In this document: one piece after another, positions 56,754 to 64,000 of the stretch
Layout: the number at the start of each line of letters is the position of its first letter
Position numbering within the stretch: position 1 is the stretch's first letter
NCBI GenBank assembly: GCA_963845755.1
Contig: CAWJTV010000048.1
Span: 1-64,000, forward strand
Source: an uncultured Planctomycetota bacterium
GTDB lineage: Bacteria > Planctomycetota > Planctomycetia > Isosphaerales > Isosphaeraceae
Length of the DNA: 64,000 bases
Reading direction: 5' to 3'
The notes under the pieces: generated by a model
The model's database searches: none
Seen by the model: the letters and a program-made list of their open reading frames with translations, nothing else
Told to the model about the DNA's origin: nothing
Made by a program: the position numbers and the translations under genes

Positions 56754-57089
56754 ATGTCGCGTGGTCCTTCCAAGCCCAGCAAGCCCCAGTCCAAGACATC
56801 CAAGCCCAGCAAGCCCCGGTCCAAAACATCCAAGCCCAGCAAGCCCCGATCCCAGGCGTCCAAACCCGGCGAAACCCAGTCCGCGCCGTCCTGGGGCTGG
56901 GGCCCCGATGGGCGTTACATCCCACTCACCGACGACGGGAAACCGCCCGCCCATCTACCGGACCACCACGAGCTGTATCTGATGAACCAGGTTGCAGACT
57001 GGAAACGCCGCTACTTCGAGCTAGGCCGCTACGTCGAACGGCTCCGGGCCAAGGTGCTCGAGCTGGGGTTCGATCCGAACACGATTTGA
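56754..57089 (+). CDS. Short Uma2 paralog lacking the nuclease core
   Basis: Shares PSWGWGPDGRY.PLT.DGK.P..LP.H.EL and L.AK..ELG.DPN.I with the upstream gene; three 30-bp SKPSKP repeats. Confidence 0.7.
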   Translation: MSRGPSKPSKPQSKTSKPSKPRSKTSKPSKPRSQASKPGETQSAPSWGWGPDGRYIPLTDDGKPPAHLPDHHELYLMNQVADWKRRYFELGRYVERLRAKVLELGFDPNTI

Positions 57090-57262
57090 TGTGCGCATGC
57101 GTAAGTCCAGGGCGACCTTCGGCTTGACGGTTTCACGCCTCGAATCTATGATCCGCCGCGATTCAATCAGCCGGAGAGGTCGAACGTTCCCGCGCCTGGG
57201 ATGTCTGTCGGCCTCTTGGTTCTCCCGCCCTGACTCGATCGGCTCAAGGAGGAGCCTCGCTG

Positions 57263-57997
57263 ATGCGCGACCACAACAAGGCGTTCTGCCGCCTCGTGGC
57301 CGAGACTCTGGACTGTCCCGGTCCGATCTTCGAGTTCGGCTCGTACCAGGTCGAGGGCCAGGAAGGTTATGCGAATCTGCGCGGACTCTTCCCGGGGAAG
57401 GACTACATCGGTTGCGACATGCGGCCTGGCCCGGGTGTTGACCGGGTCGAGGACGTCACGGCGATCCGTCTCCCCGACGGCTCCGCCGGCACGGTGCTCT
57501 GCATCGAAACCTTCGAGCATGTCTTCGAGGTTCGCAGGGCCTTCGACGAAGTCTTCCGGATCCTGAGACCCGGCGGGGTCTTCGTCATCACGTCGCCACT
57601 GAACTTCCGGATTCACGGTTATCCCGACGACTACTGGCGGATGACCCCCAACTGCCTGCGGCGGATGTTGCAACCTTATGACGCGCGCCTGTCGGGCTAC
57701 CAAGGTTATCATGCGTTCCCTCATTCGGTGATGGGGCTGGGCATTAAGGGCCCGATCGCCGGCAATGGAGCCGCACGATTAGAGGCGTTGGTCGAGGCGT
57801 ATGCCGGCTGGCGCCGCGAAGCGGAGTCGCGTTTGCCTTTGGGTGTGAAGCTGCGACGATTGATGTCCCAACTCTACCGATCCAAGGGAGAACGGCGACA
57901 GGTTGCGGACTACTATGCGGCCGAGTTCCAGATCGACAGCGATGACGCGTCAAGAGCGTGCCGGGGCGGCGGATCCCTGATCCCCACGGCCGCTTGA
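57263..57997 (+). CDS. Class I SAM-dependent methyltransferase
   Basis: EFGS, YIGCDM..GPGVD, ETFEHV, RILRPGG, HGYPDDYWR. Confidence 0.88.
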   Translation: MRDHNKAFCRLVAETLDCPGPIFEFGSYQVEGQEGYANLRGLFPGKDYIGCDMRPGPGVDRVEDVTAIRLPDGSAGTVLCIETFEHVFEVRRAFDEVFRILRPGGVFVITSPLNFRIHGYPDDYWRMTPNCLRRMLQPYDARLSGYQGYHAFPHSVMGLGIKGPIAGNGAARLEALVEAYAGWRREAESRLPLGVKLRRLMSQLYRSKGERRQVADYYAAEFQIDSDDASRACRGGGSLIPTAA

Positions 57998-58055
57998 CCT
58001 GCCCGACTCGCCGCGGGAGCTCTGCCGGACAGCGGTGCTGAAGAGGACCCATCTT

Positions 58056-59718
58056 ATGTCGAAGACCGTCGAACGACTGGTCGTCCTGGGCCTGGACGGC
58101 GCGACCTGGACCGTGCTGGACCCGATGGTGCAGCGCGGCCTGATGCCCAACCTCGAGGCCTTCCTCGCCGGGGCCGCATCCGGGACGCTCCGCTCGACGA
58201 TCCCCCCGGTCACGACCGCGGCCTGGACCACCATGATGACCGGCTGCGGCCCGGCGCGGCATGGGGTCTTCGACCATCGCTACTACGACGCGGCCGAAGG
58301 CCGGATGAAGGTCAATCACTCGGGGCGGATCCGCGTCCCGACCGTCTGGCACCTGCTGGCCGCGACCGGCCGGTCGACCATCTGTCTCAACGTGCCCGGC
58401 CTCTATCCGCCGTTGAACGTGCCCGGCATCGTCGTCTCGGGAATGGACGCGCCCACCTCTCGGCGGCCCTGTCGGCGGCCCCGGAGTTCGCCGCCCGTCT
58501 CGAGTCCGAGGCGCAGGGCTATGGTTTAGGCTATTTCTGGAAGCGGGCCCCGCAGTCGCTGGACGAGCTGAAGACCAACGCCCGGCTGACCGCCGAGAGC
58601 TTTCGCGGCCGCGCCGAGGGCGGCTGGCTCGCCGATCGCATCGTCAACGACTGGTCCGTCCTGATGGTCCAGTTCCAGAACCTCGACCCGTTCCAGCACC
58701 GGGTCTGGCCCTATCTGAACGTCGACGAAACCGGCATCGAGAACCCCGAGTGGAATGCGGCCGCGGCCGAGGTCATGAAAGGGCTGGACGACGCGATCGG
58801 CAGCCTCTGCGAACTCGCCGAGCGCGCCGGCGCCGCGGTGATGATGGTCAGCGACCATGGTTTCGGCCCGTGCCTGGGCCGCGTCCACGTCAATCGCATC
58901 CTGGTCGATGCCGGCGTCGCCCGATTGCCCGGCTGGGCCGGACGACTGGGCCGTCGCACCATGCAGATGGGCGATCGGCTCCGATTGTGGGGCCAGAAAC
59001 GGGACAACCCGACCGCCCGATCGGCCTCGTTCGACCAGTCCGTCGCCGCGCAGTACCGGTTCGACTGGAAGCACACGCTGGCCTTCGCGCCCCACCAGGA
59101 CACCGCCGCGATGGTCTACGTGAACTGCGCCGCCCGGCATCGCGGCGTCAAGACCGCCGCCCCGCGAATGACTCCCCGCGAGATCGACGACGCCCGGACG
59201 GCCGCCGCCGAAGCCCTGGCCCAGGCCCGGCACCCTGAGACCGGCTCGCCGCTGTTCCCCCAGATCATCGCCACCGCGGAGACCTATCACCTCGACCCGG
59301 CCCATGAAGGTTATCCCGACCTCATCGCACTACCCGACGAGCCCTACTGGGTCCGGACCAAGCTGACGTCCAGCCACTCCTGGGTCGAGCCCGATCCCAA
59401 TCTCCCCGGGACCCATCGTCCCGAAGGCATCGTCGCCCTCTCCGGTGCCGAGCTGCCGCTCGGCCGCCATCTCCACGCCAACCTGACCGACGCCACCCCC
59501 ACCATCCTCGCGCTCCTCGGGCTCCCCATCCCGGCCCACATCGAAGGAAAGCCGATCGTCGAGACCCGGCCTTCCGGCCACAGCGCCCCTTCGTCCCGCC
59601 TCGACACGATCCGCCCGCCGAACGGCTCGACGGCCCCCATCACAAGCCGTTCGACTATTCGTTCGAGGAGCAAGCGATCATCGAACAGCGCCTGGCCGAC
59701 CTGGGATACCTCGAATAA
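58056..59718 (+). CDS. Alkaline phosphatase superfamily (nucleotide pyrophosphatase type) protein, frameshifted
   Basis: VLGLDGATW, LRSTIPPVT..AW, SDHGFG, GTHRPEG, RLADLGYLE. Confidence 0.88.
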
Positions 59719-59796
59719 GATCGGCGCGACGTCGCTCTCCGAGAGTCGGGTTGCCGTTTCCTCCGCGCCGAGAGAAACTCCATAAGCGGCCCTAAC

Positions 59797-59844
59797 AAAA
59801 TGGGGACAGGCACCTCGAAGACTCGGAGGCAGTCCCCCATTTTT
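59797..59844. repeat. REP-like inverted repeat
   Basis: AAAATGGGGACAGGC...GCAGTCCCCCATTTT. Confidence 0.75.
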
Positions 59845-59858
59845 CGTGTTGTGGACCG

Positions 59859-60068
59859 ATGTCCTCGACGAAATCCAGCGGCCAGAGGCTCGGCTACAAG
59901 ACCACGTGCTTCGAGCATACGCTCGGCTTGGCGCATTTCTTCTACGACTGGCTGGTGTTCCGGCCCGAAATCCGTTTCGACTACACCTCGGGGGCCAAGG
60001 CGATCAACCATGGTACGCGGCGAGAGATGTTCACTTTCTCGGCCGATCTCATCGTCCGTTTCCAGTGA
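59859..60068 (+). pseudogene. C-terminal fragment of an outer-membrane beta-barrel (BBP2-like)
   Basis: HTLGL..F..WLVFRPEIRFDY...FTFSADLIVRF. Confidence 0.65.
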
Positions 60069-60328
60069 GGCTGCGTACCCAATCAAATGACGCCGGGGTA
60101 CCGGGCTCTGGACAAAGGGGTCCGGGGAGTCGAAAACAGAGGCGGTGGCCCCGTTCATGAAGCCACCCAGCGGTTGGTGGCTCGGGAGCGGATTCCTCGC
60201 CGCTTCGTCGGTCTGGTAACCCCCCGAGAATCCGGCGGGGCTGTGTACCGTGCGAGGGGCGCCGGGCCTGCCAGGAATGCATCGACAACTCAGGAGATCG
60301 GGTCGTGGCCTCCTCATCTCAGCCAATC

Positions 60329-61690
60329 ATGGTGCCGCCCAAGCCTCGACGTCAGAGCCGGCGTGCGCGAGTCGTCTGGATTTGGATCCTCGGTTTTTGC
60401 CTGGCGTCGCTGATCGCCACCTACGTGCTGTTCGTCGAGCCACCGCCGCCGCGGAAGATCGTCATCGCGAGTGGTGCCAAGAACGGGGCCTATTACCGAT
60501 ATGCCCAAAGATACGCCGAAGAATTGCAAAAGGAGGGACTAGCCGTCGAGGTACGCGAGACGGCGGGCTCGGTGGAGAACCTGGGCCTACTGGGGCAGGA
60601 AGGCTCGGACGTGGCGGTCGCCATCGTTCAGAGCGGCGTGGCCAGCCCCGAAGAGGTCCAGCGCTTCTATGCCCTGGGCAGCCTGTACCGTGAGCCCTTG
60701 TGGGTCTTCTACCGCGGCGAGACGCGGATTGAGCGCCTCAGTCAGCTCGCGGGGAAACGCATCGGGGTCGGTCCGACGGGCAGCGGCACCTACCCCATCG
60801 CCATGCGGTTGCTTGCGGTCAACGGACTGATCGAAGCCCAATCCTCCCGGGGAAACTCGTGCGCCGTGCTGGTCCAGGAGAATGTCGCGGCCGCGGCCGT
60901 GGCCTTGCAGAAGGGAGACCTCGATGCCGCGTTCTTCGTCGCGGCCTTCGAGGCCGATTATATCCAGGCCCTCCTGAACAATACCCATATGAAGCTTCTG
61001 AACTTCGATCAGCACGAGGCGTATCGCCGTCGATTCCGTTTCCTGGCCCCCGTCACCGTGCCGGCCGGATTGGTGAACCTGGGCCAGAACGTTCCCGGCC
61101 AGGACATCGCCCTGCTGGCGCCGACGGCCATGCTTGCCGTTCGCAAGGAGTTCCACCCCGCCCTGATCCCGCTCCTGCTCACCACCGCCACGCGCATCCA
61201 CGGCAAAGGGGACGAGCTTTCCGAGCCGGGTGAGTTCCCCTCCGACTCGTATTGCGACTTCCCCCTCAGCGAGGACGCGAAGCGGTTTTACCGGTCCGGC
61301 CAGCCCGTGCTGCAACGGCTGCTCCCGTTCTGGCTGGCCTCGCTGGTCGACCGGGCCAAGGTGATGCTCATCCCGCTGATCATGCTGATGATGCCGTTGC
61401 TCCGGGCGGCCCCGCCCTTGATGCGCTGGCGAACCCGGCGCAAGATCTACCTCTGGTATTCGAGCCTGCGGGAAATCGACCAGAGATTGGTTGCCGGCCT
61501 GTCGGACACCGAGCTTGACCAGGAACTCGCGCGCCTGAAAGACATCGAGCACCAGGTGGCTTACGTGGACGTCCCGCTGAGCTACATGGAGGAGTTCTAC
61601 CATCTCCGCCTGCACCTGGGGATGTTGCAGCAGCACCTCGTCGAACTGCGATCGCGGAGCAATCCGATGGTTGTGAACGCGAAGCCCTGA
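60329..61690 (+). CDS. TAXI-family TRAP solute-binding protein with C-terminal membrane extension
   Basis: IASGAKNGAY, TAGSVENL, AIVQSG, LYREPLWVF, GKRIGVGPTGSGT, LPFWLA. Confidence 0.88.
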   Translation: MVPPKPRRQSRRARVVWIWILGFCLASLIATYVLFVEPPPPRKIVIASGAKNGAYYRYAQRYAEELQKEGLAVEVRETAGSVENLGLLGQEGSDVAVAIVQSGVASPEEVQRFYALGSLYREPLWVFYRGETRIERLSQLAGKRIGVGPTGSGTYPIAMRLLAVNGLIEAQSSRGNSCAVLVQENVAAAAVALQKGDLDAAFFVAAFEADYIQALLNNTHMKLLNFDQHEAYRRRFRFLAPVTVPAGLVNLGQNVPGQDIALLAPTAMLAVRKEFHPALIPLLLTTATRIHGKGDELSEPGEFPSDSYCDFPLSEDAKRFYRSGQPVLQRLLPFWLASLVDRAKVMLIPLIMLMMPLLRAAPPLMRWRTRRKIYLWYSSLREIDQRLVAGLSDTELDQELARLKDIEHQVAYVDVPLSYMEEFYHLRLHLGMLQQHLVELRSRSNPMVVNAKP

Positions 61691-61875
61691 GAGGAACCAC
61701 GCCATTCCTCTCGGCGTGGTGTACGCATGCGCGGTCCCCCGTACGCCATTGCCATCGCGCATACAAGGGTCCCTCGGGAATGCGATAATGCGAGCAACGC
61801 GGCTCGATGCCCGGGCCCGCCCTCGACGATTTGGGGCGCTCGGTCCGATCGACGGCCGCCGATTGGAGCCTCGCC

Positions 61876-64000
61876 ATGACCGCCGACGCTGACCGTCATC
61901 TCCTTTTCGGACTGCTCGCCCTGCAAAACGGCCTGATCGATCAAGTCCAGCTCGTGGCCGCTTTCCAGGCCTGGACGCGCGACAAGGGCCGCCCGATTGC
62001 GGACTACCTGGTCGACCGCGGCGACATGGACGCCGACCAGCGCGGTGTGGTCCAGGCGATGGTCGGGCTCCACGAGAAGAAACACGGCGGAAGCACCGAG
62101 AGGAGTCTGGCCGCCATTCCCGCCGGCCGATCGACCCGCGAGAGCCTCGCCGCCCTCGGCGATCGCGACATCGAGGGTACGCTCGCCCATGTCGGCTCCG
62201 GGCCGGCATCGAGCCGGGCCGATGCCGACCCCGATCGCACCACGAACTACTCCGTCGGCTCGGCCACCTCCGAGGGCCAGCGGTTCCGCGTGCTGCGGCC
62301 CCATGCGCGCGGCGGCCTGGGCGCCGTCTTCGTCGCGCTGGACACGGAACTTCACCGCGAGGTGGCCCTCAAGCAGATCCTCGACAAACAGGCCGACGAC
62401 CCCACCAGCCGCGCGCGCTTCCTGCTGGAGGCGGAAGTGACCGGCGGGCTAGAGCACCCCGGAATCGTCCCCGTCTACGGCCTGGGGACCTACGCCGACG
62501 GCCGGCCCTATTACGCCATGCGGTTCATCCGCGGCGATTCGCTCAAGGAAGCCATCGACCAGTTCCATGCCGATGCCGCCTTGAAAAAAGACCCCGGCCG
62601 CCGCTCGCTGGAGTTGCGGAAACGCCTGCGTCGGTTCACCGACGTCTGCAACGCCATCGAGTATGCGCACAGCCGCGGCGTCCTGCACCGCGACATCAAG
62701 CCGGGCAACATCATCGTGGGCAAGCACGGTGAGACGCTGGTGGTCGACTGGGGACTGGCCAAGCCCATGGGCCGGGTCGAGCCGGGATCCGAGTCAGGCG
62801 AGCGGACGCTGGTGCCGAGTTCGGCCAGTGGCAGTGCAGAAACGCTGCCGGGCAGCGCGCTGGGGACCCCGGCCTACATGAGCCCCGAGCAGGCCGAGGG
62901 TGACCTGGAGCACCTGGGTCCGCGCTCGGACGTCTACAGCCTGGGCGCGACTCTTTACTGCCTGCTGACTGGTAAGCCTCCGTTCGAAGGAGAGCTCGCC
63001 GACGTGCTCCGCGGCGTTCAGAAAGGCGGATTCCAGCCGCCGCGGGCCCTCGACCCGACGATCGACCGGGCACTGGAGGCGGTCTGCCTCAGGGCGATGG
63101 CTCTCAAGCCGAATGATCGCTATTCCTCGCCCAGAGGCGCTGGCCGAGGACGTGGAGCGGTGGATGGCCGATGAGCCGGTCACCGCCTGGCGTGAACCGT
63201 GGGCGCGGCGGGCGCGGCGGTGGGCCCGGCGCCACCGGACGGCGGTGACGGCCGCGGGCGCGGCGGTGCTCGTGGCGCTGGTCGGGACGGCGGCCGTGCT
63301 GGCGGTCCAGACCCGGGCGAATTCGGACCTAAAGGTGGCCAACGCCGACCTGGCCGTCGCCAACGCGAAGGTGACCAGGGCCAACACCGATCTGGCGGCC
63401 TCCAACCATCGGGAGCGGGCACGGTTCGAGCTGGCCCAGGAGGCGATCAAGATGTTCCACACGGGCGTTAGCGAGGATCTGCTGCTCAAACAGAAGGAGT
63501 TCGGCGCGCTGCGCACCGAAGCTGCTGCGCGGGGCCCAGGAATTCTATCGCAGGCTGGAAGGGCTGCTGGGAGGGCAAGCGGACCGAGACTCGCGGATGG
63601 CGCTGGGGCGCGCTTATTCTGAGGTGGGCGCACTCACGAGGCAACTCGACTCGACGAAGGATGCACTGGCGATGCACCAGCGCGCCCTGGCCCTGTTCGA
63701 GGACCTGGCGAGCGAAGGTCCGTCTGACGTGGAGATCCGGCGCGAGATCGGACGGAGCTACGCCGCCATTGCACTCCTGCTCTCGTCGCTCGGGCATAAG
63801 GCCGATGCTCTGGCTGTCACCGAGCGGGCTTGTGCAATCGCCCGGGATCTGACCGAGGCCGACCCCGCTGATCTCGCGCGCGGAGCGAGCTGGCGCGGGT
63901 CGAGCATCTCCATGGAATTTTTCTCTTTGACAACTCTCGAGTCGGCGAGGGGCTGGATGCGCTGGAGCGGGCGCGGGCGATCCAGGAGGACCTGGTCCGG
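61876..64000 (+). CDS. Ser/Thr protein kinase with helical/TPR-like C-terminus (frameshifted, runs off window)
   Basis: LLFGLLALQNGLI, HARGGLGAV, VALK, HRDIKPGN, DWGLAK, GTPAYMSPEQ, SDVYSLG. Confidence 0.93.

Noticed and set aside
56547..56858. 21-bp and 30-bp tandem repeats as CRISPR
   Set aside because: In-frame coding repeats with no spacers
44455..64000. Frameshifts in GT39 genes, menG, ubiX, the phosphodiesterase and the kinase read as pseudogenes or programmed frameshifting
   Set aside because: Single-base indels are scattered through otherwise well-conserved genes across the window, mostly in GC runs; sequencing error is the simpler explanation

Overview
High-GC window that looks like a Planctomycetota chromosome, probably Isosphaeraceae. 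The evidence is DUF1559 and DUF1501 genes, LExRxLL extracellular signals, ELWxxDGT-type repeats and a DWG-type Ser/Thr kinase. Single-base frameshifts occur even in housekeeping genes and are probably long-read errors. Left part (~1-35 kb): an accessory region starting at the 3' half of tRNA-Val(GAC). It holds IS66 and IS5 remnants, an intact 1554-bp IS with 24-bp IRs and an 8-bp TSD, three TNA-target MITEs, a large serine recombinase, a TIR-TM-FGE protein, secreted repeat proteins and many gene fragments. Right part (~35-64 kb): more core-like, with parA, a flagellar-type export cluster, two GT39 glycosyltransferases, cdd, futalosine-pathway menaquinone genes, Uma2, a TAXI protein and a kinase. 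The best candidate for an undescribed system is the frameshift-free but remodelled fliF-fliG-fliO-fliP-fliQ-fliR-flhB(-parA) cluster. Its FliG lacks the FliM-binding middle domain and most torque charges, FlhB has GPGG in place of the NPTH autocleavage site, and the FliP Met gasket reads LFM. No fliH-fliN, mot or flhA genes lie in the cluster, and a perfect DnaA box overlaps its putative promoter. This suggests a repurposed, non-rotary export apparatus (inference).
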